DNA of 31,334 bases from an uncultured Chthoniobacterales bacterium (GTDB lineage: Bacteria > Verrucomicrobiota > Verrucomicrobiia > Chthoniobacterales > JAFAMB01). How positions within the stretch are numbered: position 1 is the stretch's first letter; every line of letters begins with the position of its first letter. Made by a program: the position numbers and the translations under genes. Shown here in pieces: positions 1-8,989 of the stretch. The notes under the pieces were generated by a model. It searched no databases. It was not told the DNA's origin and saw only the letters and a list, made by a program, of their open reading frames with translations. The DNA is taken from assembly GCA_964567505.1 (NCBI GenBank), contig CAZMNG010000001.1:1-31334 (forward strand), given 5' to 3'.

Positions 1-1059
1 CTGCACCTTACGCGGTTGCTTCCAGGCGACCTGATGGGCAATGACCCATGTCAGTATGACAACGCCGATTCCAGTAAGTCCCAGCCACATGCCGAGGGGG
101 TCCAAGTCGTCCTTACCAAGAACGATGTGGTTCATATTGCGCACGAAACCGGTAAGCACGACCAGAGTGACGTGTATAACGATGAAGCCCGCGAATCCGG
201 CCATTACCAGAAAATGAATGGAACGAGCCGCTTGCCGACCTCCGAACATCTTCGCAAACCAGGGCGCACGATTAACCAGCGCCGGCGACATCGCCAATCC
301 TGTAAGGATGGAGGCGGGCGCCATAATGAAGACCGTTGCAAAGTAACTGAGCTGTTGAAGGGCGTTATAGCTGTAAAAACCGTCGGGCTCCGGCGGCAGA
401 GTGAACGTTGCATAATAAACAAAAGTTGCCCATGCTTCTCTGACGATTGTGAGGGATGTAGGCACCAGCCGCAGCCACTGGTCTGTGCTGCAGAGTCCGA
501 TGACGAATACGAAACCGGTAACGATAAATCCGTAGACATTCAGAAAGTGCCACGCGCGGGCCATGCCGACGGTGTGTTTGTAACCAGGCAGGCCGAGTAA
601 TGGCGAGACATATCGGGCATCCTCCCTCGAAGTCCAAATCTTATCCGCAGGTATCTTCAGCGGTGTAAAGCGGATCCATTCCGTCCCCGGCGTACAGTCG
701 TCGTTGAAGTATAGCCGGGGATGATCCGCCAGAATTGATAGCCCACTGCGGATCAGCATCGTGATGAATAGGAGATTGAAGAAGTGCGTCCAGCGAATCC
801 AGCCGGGAAATCCGTGCGGCCCCCTGAACTTTCCTTGATCGAGTGCCTCGTTGATCGCGATGGAAGGTAACCCGAAAACGATTCGATTTATCCACGCGGC
901 GGCAAGCAGTACTCCGATGCATGCGAGTAAGCCTAACGCAATTCGGGGGTCGATCCACAAGTAAAGTCTTCGGTCCTCTGGATAATAGGCCCTCCGATGC
1001 GCTTGATCAGAAAATTTGACCATACATGTCTGATTACCAAGAACGACCTCTGCAGTCAT
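1..1059 (-). CDS. Cytochrome b/b6-domain membrane protein, probably the N-terminal half of a molybdopterin-dependent oxidoreductase fusion (partial, runs off the window's left edge)
   Basis: Not in the ORF track because there is no stop inside the window. My manual translation of the minus strand is open from at least 1059 to 1: ...PHGFPGWIRWTHFFNLLFITMLIRSGLSILADHPRLY...ARAWHFLNVYGF...YNALQQLSYF...GGRQAARSIHFLVM...IVIHVTLV. It has several hydrophobic helices and four His placed like di-heme b ligands. The start is uncertain (ATG 1059, ATG 1023 or TTG 960). The Moco domain is inferred from family architecture and would lie outside the window. Confidence 0.8.
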   Translation of the reverse strand, partial: MTAEVVLGNQTCMVKFSDQAHRRAYYPEDRRLYLWIDPRIALGLLACIGVLLAAAWINRIVFGLPSIAINEALDQGKFRGPHGFPGWIRWTHFFNLLFITMLIRSGLSILADHPRLYFNDDCTPGTEWIRFTPLKIPADKIWTSREDARYVSPLLGLPGYKHTVGMARAWHFLNVYGFIVTGFVFVIGLCSTDQWLRLVPTSLTIVREAWATFVYYATFTLPPEPDGFYSYNALQQLSYFATVFIMAPASILTGLAMSPALVNRAPWFAKMFGGRQAARSIHFLVMAGFAGFIVIHVTLVVLTGFVRNMNHIVLGKDDLDPLGMWLGLTGIGVVILTWVIAHQVAWKQPRKVQ

Positions 1060-1334
1060 TCCCAGTTTTTGATTGCGATAAAAAACCGTGCGATCGCAGT
1101 ATGCTGTAATTTTGCGTTGATTTTGCCAATCAATATTCCGTTTTCGGCTCGATCATCGCGCAACCGGCAAAAGCGCGGGGGCAAGGCCGTACAAAAACCC
1201 GAACCGGACTGAAAATCTTTTGCATCAAGCGATAAATAAAAGATTGCCTTTTGTTCATTCTAAGATCATAAGTTCAATGAGCCTGCGCCGGTGTTTAAGA
1301 CTCTGCGCGCAGACATTCTTCACCCCCGGCAACT

Positions 1335-2234
1335 ATGCAAACGAATGATCTGGTGCTCGAAGACACGCGGCCGATTGAACCCATTGACAGGCCTGAGCAG
1401 TCGGCCGAACTGATGCTCGACGGATCTCTTCCTGCGAGGCGGCGGTTCGAGTTGATCCGGTTGGCGAAACGAGAGGGCCAACTCTCAATCGCGCAGCTCT
1501 CCTCTCAATTCGGAGTGTCCGCAGACACAATCCGGCGCGATCTCGACCTGCTTTCAATTCGCGGACTGGTTCGACGGACGCATGGAGGAGCCGTCGCTGC
1601 GGATTGGATGGCTGAGACCGAATGCGGACCCGCTCAGCGAACCGGCGTGCGAACCGCGGAAAAGACGCGGATTGCCAAGTGCGCGGCAGCGCTGATCAAA
1701 AATGGTGAAAGCCTGATCATTAACGGCGGTTCGACGACGCGATTGTTCGCCTCGGAACTGAGTGGAAAGCGCGATCTCACCGTGGTCACGAATGCTTTGG
1801 GCGTCCCTCCCGTCCTTCCACATCACGCGGTCCGCGATATTGTCTTGCTTGGGGGAGAATACCGGCCGGAATCGAACACGACAGTTGGCTCAATCGCGTT
1901 CTGCGGGGCGATACCTGTCAACGCCGACAGCGCAATCGTCGGCGTTGCCGGGATTGCTCAGGATGGGCTCTATACTGGCCTGTTACAGGATGCAACGATG
2001 ACCGGGAACATGATTGCCCACGCGCGGCGAACGATTGTTCTGGCGGATTCCACGAAATTCGGGCACCGGCTTCTTGGGCACATCGCGTCACTGGATAAAA
2101 TCGATATCCTTGTGACCGATGCAGCGCCCCCGAAAGACCTGTTTCGTGCGCTGGTGCAACTGAGTGTGCAAGTGGTGGTTGCTCCCCGGTTAAACTCGGA
2201 GCTCAACGCCAGAGTTACGCCCCAGTATATTTAG
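1335..2234 (+). CDS. DeoR/GlpR-family transcriptional regulator (sugar/polyol)
   Basis: N-terminal HTH (LSIAQLSSQFGVSADTIRRDLDLL...RTHGGA) and a DeoR C-terminal sensor domain (IINGGSTT, VVTN, VLADSTKFG, LVTD). Confidence 0.93.
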   Translation: MQTNDLVLEDTRPIEPIDRPEQSAELMLDGSLPARRRFELIRLAKREGQLSIAQLSSQFGVSADTIRRDLDLLSIRGLVRRTHGGAVAADWMAETECGPAQRTGVRTAEKTRIAKCAAALIKNGESLIINGGSTTRLFASELSGKRDLTVVTNALGVPPVLPHHAVRDIVLLGGEYRPESNTTVGSIAFCGAIPVNADSAIVGVAGIAQDGLYTGLLQDATMTGNMIAHARRTIVLADSTKFGHRLLGHIASLDKIDILVTDAAPPKDLFRALVQLSVQVVVAPRLNSELNARVTPQYI

Positions 2235-3693
2235 CAAGCGTTGCCCGTGCGCCATCGTCGTAGAAGCTTGCCAAAGCCTCGCGCAGTTCGCTGTTGAACC
2301 GAGGCGAACCGGCAAGACTTTTGCTGAACACCTCGTGGATTGACAGCAGGTTTGCGGGGTCTTTCCCTCCTGCCTGCGCAGCCTCGCAAAGTTTCTTCGA
2401 CATCGGGTCGATGATCGGGAGATCCCGCCCTTCGTCATCCTTGCCGGTCAAATAGCGAAACCAGCTGGCAACGACAAAACTAAGGTTGCCGATCGGTCCA
2501 CCCCTCTCAATTTGTTCCGATATCGATGGCAAAACAAACTTTGGAATTCTTGCTGAGCCTTCGGTCCCCAGCCGCGAGAGCTGATCCCGAATAGCGGGAT
2601 TCGAGAAGCGCTCGATGAGCGTTTTCTTGTACTGGGTCAAGTCCACACCGGGGACCACCGGCAACAACGGAGTCACATCCACTTCCATCACCTGTTCAAC
2701 GAGCTTGCAAATCTGCGCATCCGCCATCGCTTCGTGAGCAAACTGGTAGCCCAGCAACATCCCGACGTAGCACATCGCCTGGTGGCTCGCGTTCAGGAGG
2801 CGAAGTTTCATTTTTTCGTACGGGAGCACATCCGACGTCATCTGGGCGCCAACTTCCTGCCAGGCCGGCCGGCCAAGTGGAAAATGATCTTCAATCACCC
2901 ATTGCTTGAATGGCTCGCACATGACCGGCCACCCGTCATCGATCCCGAATTTGTCCCGCACAAGCGCCCGGTGCTCGTCTGTCGTTGCCGGAGTAATCCT
3001 GTCGACCATGCTGTTGGGAAAGGCACAGTTCACCACCAGCCAGTTGTGCAACTTCGGATCGCGCAACTCCGCGAACGCAAGAAGCATCTTTTGAATCATA
3101 TCACCATTGCCCTGCAGGTTGTCGCACGACATCACCGTAAATGGCGCTAATCCGCGCGTGCGCCGCCGATCCAGCGCCGCGAGGAGGTAACCAAATGAAC
3201 AGACCGGCTCGCCCGGATGAGCGAGATCGTGCTGAATATCGGGATGTTGCGCATCGAATTCCCCCGTCCCCTGGTGTACATAGTACCCGCCTTCGGTGAT
3301 CGTCAGCGTCACTATCTTGCGCTCTTCGGCTGCGAGTTTCTCGATCACCTCTTCGGTATGACCCGGTCCGAAAACATAATTCACCATCGACCCGATCACG
3401 CGCGCGTGCTCCACGTGAGCGCCACGTTCGACCACCGTGTAGAGATAGTCCTGCGAAAGCAAAACATCGCGGATCCGCGCATCTTGCTCCAGCAGTCCAA
3501 CCCCGCACAACCCCCACTCATTTCCCGCTCCGAGATGCAGCAGGTCATCGGCGTACACGGCCTGGTGCGCCCGATGAAACCCGCCGACTCCGATATGCGC
3601 GATCTGCTGCCCGATCCCGCGCCGATCGTAGGAAGGCACACGCACGTTCGGCCCGAGTGATTGAAGGTTCTTTTGATTTAGCTTCGTTGTCAT
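2215..3693 (-). CDS. mtlK: Mannitol 2-dehydrogenase (long-chain polyol-specific dehydrogenase family)
   Basis: 492 aa with family motifs HIGVGGFHRAHQA, LTITEGGY, SCDNLQGNG, FPNSMVDRITP, EPFKQWVIED and KLRLLNASH; adjacent to a polyol transporter. Confidence 0.92.
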   Translation of the reverse strand: MTTKLNQKNLQSLGPNVRVPSYDRRGIGQQIAHIGVGGFHRAHQAVYADDLLHLGAGNEWGLCGVGLLEQDARIRDVLLSQDYLYTVVERGAHVEHARVIGSMVNYVFGPGHTEEVIEKLAAEERKIVTLTITEGGYYVHQGTGEFDAQHPDIQHDLAHPGEPVCSFGYLLAALDRRRTRGLAPFTVMSCDNLQGNGDMIQKMLLAFAELRDPKLHNWLVVNCAFPNSMVDRITPATTDEHRALVRDKFGIDDGWPVMCEPFKQWVIEDHFPLGRPAWQEVGAQMTSDVLPYEKMKLRLLNASHQAMCYVGMLLGYQFAHEAMADAQICKLVEQVMEVDVTPLLPVVPGVDLTQYKKTLIERFSNPAIRDQLSRLGTEGSARIPKFVLPSISEQIERGGPIGNLSFVVASWFRYLTGKDDEGRDLPIIDPMSKKLCEAAQAGGKDPANLLSIHEVFSKSLAGSPRFNSELREALASFYDDGARATLAKYTGA

Positions 3694-4103
3694 TGGCTTA
3701 GTCCGATTGGCAGCGCATGACTACAACTTGAGCTGCGATAAAGGGGTAAATTTATCTATTCATATAGAATCGGCAGACCCGTGTCTAGCTTTATTAGCGC
3801 TTACATCCGCATGGAAATCATTAATCCGCTTTCCCGGTATCCACGATTTTGACGATTATACTTTTGCTAGATTTCGATCGCTCGCCCGCGCAACCAGACC
3901 GGTCCTCGATTCCGAATCTGTCAAAACGTCGCAACGGATGCGATATTTTGCTGGATTTACACCGAAAAAGCCGCTATCCAATTTGAGATACCTTGACTCT
4001 TTGAATGCGTAAATGAGAAGAGTTTATTGAGACAGGTGTGTCCGGTTTTCAGACTTCAGCACCGGATAAATATCAGTTCTTCTAAAACAGGAAAGATCAA
4101 CTA

Positions 4104-5417
4104 ATGAATCGTTTCGCCCCCCCATTGTTAGTCGCAATATTGCTCTCGGCAATCACTGCGCTAGCACAGCAAAAACAAGTCACAATCGCCGTGGTCAACA
4201 ACCCGGACATGATTGAGCTCAAAAAACTCTCTTCGAAATTCGAAGAGCAGAATCCGGACATAAAATTGAACTGGGTTGTTGCCGAGGAAAATATCGCGCG
4301 ACAGCGCATCACGACTGACGTTTCGCAGGGAAGCGGCCAGTTCGACATTGTATTTATCGGTCTGTACGAGACCCCGATCTTCGCAAAAAAGGGCTGGCTG
4401 ATGCCGATTGAGAATTTGCCCGCCGACTACGACGTGGACGATGTCTTCAAATCGCTCCGGGACGGTCTATCCAATGACGGCAAACTCTATGCCCTCCCTT
4501 TTTACGGTGAGAGCTCGATGTTGATGTATCGCAAAGATCTCTTTGACGCAAAAGGACTGAAAATGCCGGATCAGCCGACGTACGACGATATCGCCAAATT
4601 CGCCGACGCGCTCACCGACAAGTCGAAGGGAATCTACGGGATCACGCTACGCGGTCAGCCCGGTTGGGGTGAGAACATGGCATTTCTCGGCACGCTGCTG
4701 AACACTTTCGGGGCAACCTGGTTCGATATGAGTTGGAAACCGACGATCGACACTCCGGAGTGGAAAAAGGCGATCACGTTTTACATCGATCTGCTCAAAA
4801 AGGATGGCCCTCCAGGGGCGACTTCAAACGGGTTCAACGAAAATCTGACCCTGATGACGAGCGGGAAAGCAGCGATGTGGATTGACGCAACCGTTGCGGG
4901 CGGCATGCTCGAAAACGCCAAACAGTCCACGGTGGCCGGCAAGATGGGTTACTCCCAAGCTCCGATCCAGGTGACGCCGAATGGATCTCATTGGCTCTGG
5001 TCTTGGGCATTTGCGATTCCGAAGTCAGCAAAGCAGGCCGAAGCTGCACAGAAATTTGCGGTGTGGGCAAGTTCAAAGGACTACATCAAACTCGTCGCCG
5101 ACGACCTCGGCTGGGGGTCCGTTCCTCCTGGAACCCGCAAGTCAACTTACGACAATCCCGACTACCAGAAAGCCGCCCCGTTCGCAGCGACAACCCTGAG
5201 CGCGATGCAGTCAGCCGATCCCACCAATCCCGCTATAAAGAAAGTTCCTTACACCGGCATTCAATTCGTCGGGATCCCGGAATTTCAATCGATCGGTCAA
5301 GTCGTGGGACAGCAGATCGCCGGGGCACTCGCTGGCAAACTTTCGGTTGACCAGGCATTAAAGAATAGCCAAAACACTGCTCAACGCGCTATGATTCAAG
5401 GTGGCTACATAAAATAG
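4104..5417 (+). CDS. smoE: Sugar-alcohol (mannitol/sorbitol) ABC transporter substrate-binding protein
   Basis: Sec-type signal peptide; motifs TIAVVNNPDMI, LPFYGESSMLMYRKDL, RGQPGWGEN, WIDATVA and PYTGIQFVGIPEFQ, typical of SmoE/MtlE. Confidence 0.9.
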   Translation: MNRFAPPLLVAILLSAITALAQQKQVTIAVVNNPDMIELKKLSSKFEEQNPDIKLNWVVAEENIARQRITTDVSQGSGQFDIVFIGLYETPIFAKKGWLMPIENLPADYDVDDVFKSLRDGLSNDGKLYALPFYGESSMLMYRKDLFDAKGLKMPDQPTYDDIAKFADALTDKSKGIYGITLRGQPGWGENMAFLGTLLNTFGATWFDMSWKPTIDTPEWKKAITFYIDLLKKDGPPGATSNGFNENLTLMTSGKAAMWIDATVAGGMLENAKQSTVAGKMGYSQAPIQVTPNGSHWLWSWAFAIPKSAKQAEAAQKFAVWASSKDYIKLVADDLGWGSVPPGTRKSTYDNPDYQKAAPFAATTLSAMQSADPTNPAIKKVPYTGIQFVGIPEFQSIGQVVGQQIAGALAGKLSVDQALKNSQNTAQRAMIQGGYIK

Positions 5418-5445
5418 CCAAACCAGCACCGAGAGCTTTTGAGGC

Positions 5446-5476
5446 AAGCTGTCCGGGATCATCCCGGACGGCTTTT
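5446..5476 (+). terminator. Stem-loop with short U tract between the binding-protein gene and the first permease gene
   Basis: aagctgtccgggat-c-atcccggacggctt followed by tt: a perfect 9-bp core inverted repeat extended by one G-U and further Watson-Crick pairs. Confidence 0.6.
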
Positions 5477-5491
5477 ACCCCGCAACAAACC

Positions 5492-6421
5492 ATGAGTGCA
5501 CAAACAGAGGCACAGGCGGTGGGAACGACCGCGCTGCCAAGACTACAAATTGATCCGGTCGAGAGGTTCCGGCGTTTGCTGATGATCCCATCGGTCGTCC
5601 CCCTTTTGGTATGGATGGTCGTTCCGCTCGCACTGACGATCATCTATTCATTCCTGCGCTACAATCTGCTCAGCGGCACGGCTGTCACATTTTCGGGGTT
5701 CCAAAACTACGCATTTCTCGTTGGTGACGCCTCATTTTTCCCTGCAATCATCAACACGGTCGTCTTCACGGGTTCGGTCCTGCTTATTTCCGTTGTTGCC
5801 GGCGTTCTGCTTGCCGTGCTGTACGATCAGGATTTCATCGGCAAAAACGTCGCGATGCTCCTTGTGATTGCCCCGTTCTTTGTGATGCCAACCGTAAGCG
5901 CATTGGTCTGGAAGAACATGATCATGCACCCGGTCAATGGATTGATCAGCCTATTTCTGCAACAGTTTGGATTGGCGCCCATCGATTGGTTTGGCGATTA
6001 CCCGATGATCTCGATCATCATCATCGTCTCCTGGGAATGGGTTCCATTTGCATTTCTGATCCTTGTGACGGCCCTGAAATCGCTCGACCAGGAACAAAGA
6101 GAAGCTGCCGCAATCGACGGTGCCGGGCCGTTAACGCAGTTCTGGTACATTACACTGCCTCACCTCGAAAAAGCGATCGGCGTCGTTGTGATGATCGAAA
6201 CAATTTTTCTGCTCTCGATTTTTGCCGAGATCTATACCACGACGGGCGGCGGCCCTGGAAACGCAACGACGACTCTTGCCTACCTTGTCTATTCGCTTGG
6301 TCTGCAGCAATTCGATGCGGGAATCGCCTCAGCAGGCGGCATTCTCGCCGTGGTTCTGGCAAATATCGTTTCAATTTTCCTCGTTAGAATGCTCGCAAGA
6401 AACCTCAAGCAAGAGATCTGA
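5492..6421 (+). CDS. smoF: Polyol ABC transporter permease
   Basis: Multiple TM helices, an EAA motif (EQREAAAIDGAG) and SmoF/MtlF-like motifs (IAPFFVMPTVSALVWKNM, WEWVPF). Confidence 0.9.
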   Translation: MSAQTEAQAVGTTALPRLQIDPVERFRRLLMIPSVVPLLVWMVVPLALTIIYSFLRYNLLSGTAVTFSGFQNYAFLVGDASFFPAIINTVVFTGSVLLISVVAGVLLAVLYDQDFIGKNVAMLLVIAPFFVMPTVSALVWKNMIMHPVNGLISLFLQQFGLAPIDWFGDYPMISIIIIVSWEWVPFAFLILVTALKSLDQEQREAAAIDGAGPLTQFWYITLPHLEKAIGVVVMIETIFLLSIFAEIYTTTGGGPGNATTTLAYLVYSLGLQQFDAGIASAGGILAVVLANIVSIFLVRMLARNLKQEI

Positions 6422-6427
6422 CCTGAC

Positions 6428-7243
6428 ATGACAAGTCGACTGTTATCAAAATTACTCGTATCCCTGCTCGGCTGGGGTGTCGCGATTCTGTTTTTCTTTC
6501 CGATCTTCTGGATGGCGATTACGGCGTTCAAGAGCGAAAAACAAGCGTTATCGCCCGACCTTTTTTTCATTCCGACGCTGGAGTCTTTTGGAGAGGTCTT
6601 CGAGCGCAGTAACTATTTCATGTTCGCATTGAATTCGATCGTCATCTCGGTTGGTTCAACGATCCTCTGCTTCATTCTCGCGATTCCCAGCGCGTACAGG
6701 ATGGCATTCTATCCCACCCAGAAATCGCAAAGCACGATGCTCTGGATGCTATCGACCAAGATGATGCCCGCGGTTGGCGTCTTGATCCCGGTTTACGTCC
6801 TTTGGCAGAAACTCGGCCTGCTCGACAGTGTTCCCGGCTTGATCATCATCTACACGCTTATCAACCTGCCGATCGCGGTCTGGATGTCCTACACCTACTT
6901 CTGCGAAGTGCCAAAAGGGATCCTCGAAGCCGGGCGAATCGACGGCGCGGACACCTGGGGTGAGCTTTGGTTTCTGCTCCGGCCGATGACCATGCCCGGA
7001 CTCTCTTCGACCGGGCTTCTGCTGGTGATTCTAGCCTGGAATGAAGCGTTCTGGAGCATCAACTTATCCAGTGCGCACGCGGCGCCTTTGACGGTTTTTA
7101 TCGCCTCCTACTCCAGTCCGGAAGGCCTGTTTTGGGCGAAACTTTCAGCGGCCTCATTCCTTGCCGTCGCACCGATCATGGTCCTCGGATGGCTGACGCA
7201 GAAACAACTGGTTCGCGGGTTGACCTTCGGTGCCGTGAAGTGA
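6428..7243 (+). CDS. smoG: Polyol ABC transporter permease
   Basis: TM helices, an EAA motif (ILEAGRIDGA), WMLSTKMMP and the C-terminus YSSPEGLFWAKLSAAS...KQLVRGLTFGAVK, typical of SmoG/MtlG. Confidence 0.9.
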   Translation: MTSRLLSKLLVSLLGWGVAILFFFPIFWMAITAFKSEKQALSPDLFFIPTLESFGEVFERSNYFMFALNSIVISVGSTILCFILAIPSAYRMAFYPTQKSQSTMLWMLSTKMMPAVGVLIPVYVLWQKLGLLDSVPGLIIIYTLINLPIAVWMSYTYFCEVPKGILEAGRIDGADTWGELWFLLRPMTMPGLSSTGLLLVILAWNEAFWSINLSSAHAAPLTVFIASYSSPEGLFWAKLSAASFLAVAPIMVLGWLTQKQLVRGLTFGAVK

Positions 7244-8840
7244 TGGCAATTCTCGGCTTTGAAAGATCTGCCACCAGGCTCCGGCGCAAGAGGTGGGAAG
7301 CGGTCACCACCCCGCCAAATATGGCCCCGGCGACCCCGAGTGTGACGATGTCCTGCCCGGTCAGGTACAAGTTCCGGATCGGGGTCTTTGGGCGCAGCGA
7401 CCGGACCCGGAAGCGCTCCGGCGTCGCGCTCAACCCATAGGCTTCGCCGCGCCGATAGTTCATGAAGTGCCGCGTGCTCAGAGGCGTCGATAGTTCGGCA
7501 TAGTCTATTTTGCCTGCGAGTGCGGGGACATACTGCTCGAGGGCAGCCTGGAGGCGCGACGCCAGATTGGCCTTGAACGTCTCATACTCGGTCCCGCGTC
7601 GTCTCCACTCGCTTCCCTCCCAGCGTTCGAACCAGTCGAACGGAGCCAGTGTGACCGCCTCGACGGTGCATCGGCCAGGATGGCGGCGCTCGAAATCCGG
7701 GTCCTTTGCGGAGGGAAATGAAAAGTAGAGCGAGGAAAATGGAGCACTCGGATCGGATTGACTCCGCTCCACATTCGCGTCGTGGTCCGCAGTTGGATGA
7801 ACCCAGATATTGGTTCCCGAGAGGCCAAGCTTCGCCGCGGATTCTCTTGCCCCAACATAAAGACAGAGATGCGCGATGGACGGCGGGATTGCGCGGATCT
7901 CTGCGCGAGTCTTTTCGAGTGACGAACTCGAAACTGTTAAAAGGTCATCGAACGTTCGCCGCGCGCCGACATCGCTGATGATCGCGCGAGCCCGAATTTC
8001 GCGACCATCTGCCATCCGCACGCCGATGGCTTGATTTGCGTGGATGAGAATGCTTGAAACCTCGGCGTTGGTCACAATCCTCCCGCCACTCTTTTCGATT
8101 ACCGGCGCAATCGTCTCAGCGATTCGGCCTGCGCCTCCTACGGGATAATTGCCCCCTTCAAGATAATGGTTCGCGATCATCGCGTGTATTCCGAAGCTCG
8201 CTTTCCCGGGCGGCAATCCGTAGTCGCCCCACTGCGCTCCCAGGACTGCCTGCAATTCTCTGTTCGTGGTGAGCCCCCGAAGGACCTCCGCTGTCGTTCG
8301 ATTTGCCCAGCGAAGAAATGGTTTTCGAAGAAAATCTCCGATGAGGAACGCGATCGGCCCAGGGACCGATTTTTCCATCGAGAATAGGTCGATCTTGCTG
8401 CGCACCGCCTGAACGGCCGCGATATACCCGTCGACGGCGGCAAACTCGTGAGGGAAATAGGCCTTCAGGCGAGCCCGGAAGCGTTCTACACCGCTCAAAA
8501 AATCGTACGTTCGATCGCCGATAATCACCCGGTCGTAAACGTCAGGCATACGCGCCCATTCAAGCTGATCATCCGTGATTCGATCGAAGACGCGCCGGAG
8601 CAGGCTCTCTTGATCGTGGGTTTCTCCGATGTAGTGCAAGCCGACATCCCATTCGTAGCCGTGTCGCCGGAAGACATGGGTATAACCGCCGGGAACATAG
8701 TGCCGCTCAAGGACCAGAACCTTTTTGCCGGAATAACTCGACAACAGCGCCGCCGCGCTCAAGCCACCGATCCCGGAACCGACGACGATGGCATCCCAGG
8801 AATCGTCGAGCGCAAGATTTTTGTAGTGGGCAAATTTCAT
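7176..8840 (-). CDS. Phytoene desaturase-family FAD/NAD(P)-dependent oxidoreductase (retinol saturase/CrtI-like), substrate unknown
   Basis: Rossmann motif DAIVVGSGIGGLSAAALL, VLERHYVPGG, YPVGGAGRIA and C-terminal LYLTGQD...GVAGA. The 3' end overlaps smoG by 68 bp. Confidence 0.85.
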   Translation of the reverse strand: MKFAHYKNLALDDSWDAIVVGSGIGGLSAAALLSSYSGKKVLVLERHYVPGGYTHVFRRHGYEWDVGLHYIGETHDQESLLRRVFDRITDDQLEWARMPDVYDRVIIGDRTYDFLSGVERFRARLKAYFPHEFAAVDGYIAAVQAVRSKIDLFSMEKSVPGPIAFLIGDFLRKPFLRWANRTTAEVLRGLTTNRELQAVLGAQWGDYGLPPGKASFGIHAMIANHYLEGGNYPVGGAGRIAETIAPVIEKSGGRIVTNAEVSSILIHANQAIGVRMADGREIRARAIISDVGARRTFDDLLTVSSSSLEKTRAEIRAIPPSIAHLCLYVGARESAAKLGLSGTNIWVHPTADHDANVERSQSDPSAPFSSLYFSFPSAKDPDFERRHPGRCTVEAVTLAPFDWFERWEGSEWRRRGTEYETFKANLASRLQAALEQYVPALAGKIDYAELSTPLSTRHFMNYRRGEAYGLSATPERFRVRSLRPKTPIRNLYLTGQDIVTLGVAGAIFGGVVTASHLLRRSLVADLSKPRIAITSRHRRSTREPVVSASAIRGP

Positions 8841-8859
8841 ATTTCAGCAACTGCTGAGC

Positions 8860-8888
8860 AGAGTAAGTTTAAATGTTGCTTTTGTCAA
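8860..8888 (-). promoter_or_regulatory. Sigma70-type promoter for the desaturase-family gene
   Basis: The minus strand reads TTGACA (8888-8883), a 17-bp spacer, then TACTCT (8865-8860), with the ATG (8840) 19 nt further downstream. Confidence 0.75.
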
Positions 8889-8989
8889 CATTTGCCTCGC
8901 TACCGTCCCACCACAAAACCGGTCAGCGACGCCAACTCAACCGGAGTCAGCGACAGAGATTTTTTCAATTTGCGGCTACTCTCCTTAGG

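Noticed and set aside
16-958. ORF-track calls 16..600(+), 204..539(-), 365..637(-) and 641..958(-)
   Set aside because: These are antisense or off-frame shadows of the real minus-strand cytochrome b-domain gene, with no recognisable motifs.
3707-4012. 101-aa ORF in the spacer between the dehydrogenase and smoE
   Set aside because: TTG start, no SD and no motif, lying in an AT-rich divergent promoter region; more likely non-coding.
1060-4103. Short words shared between the two polyol-cluster spacers (cgcgcaacc, gcgataaa) as possible DeoR operators
   Set aside because: Too short and non-palindromic to separate from chance without comparative data.
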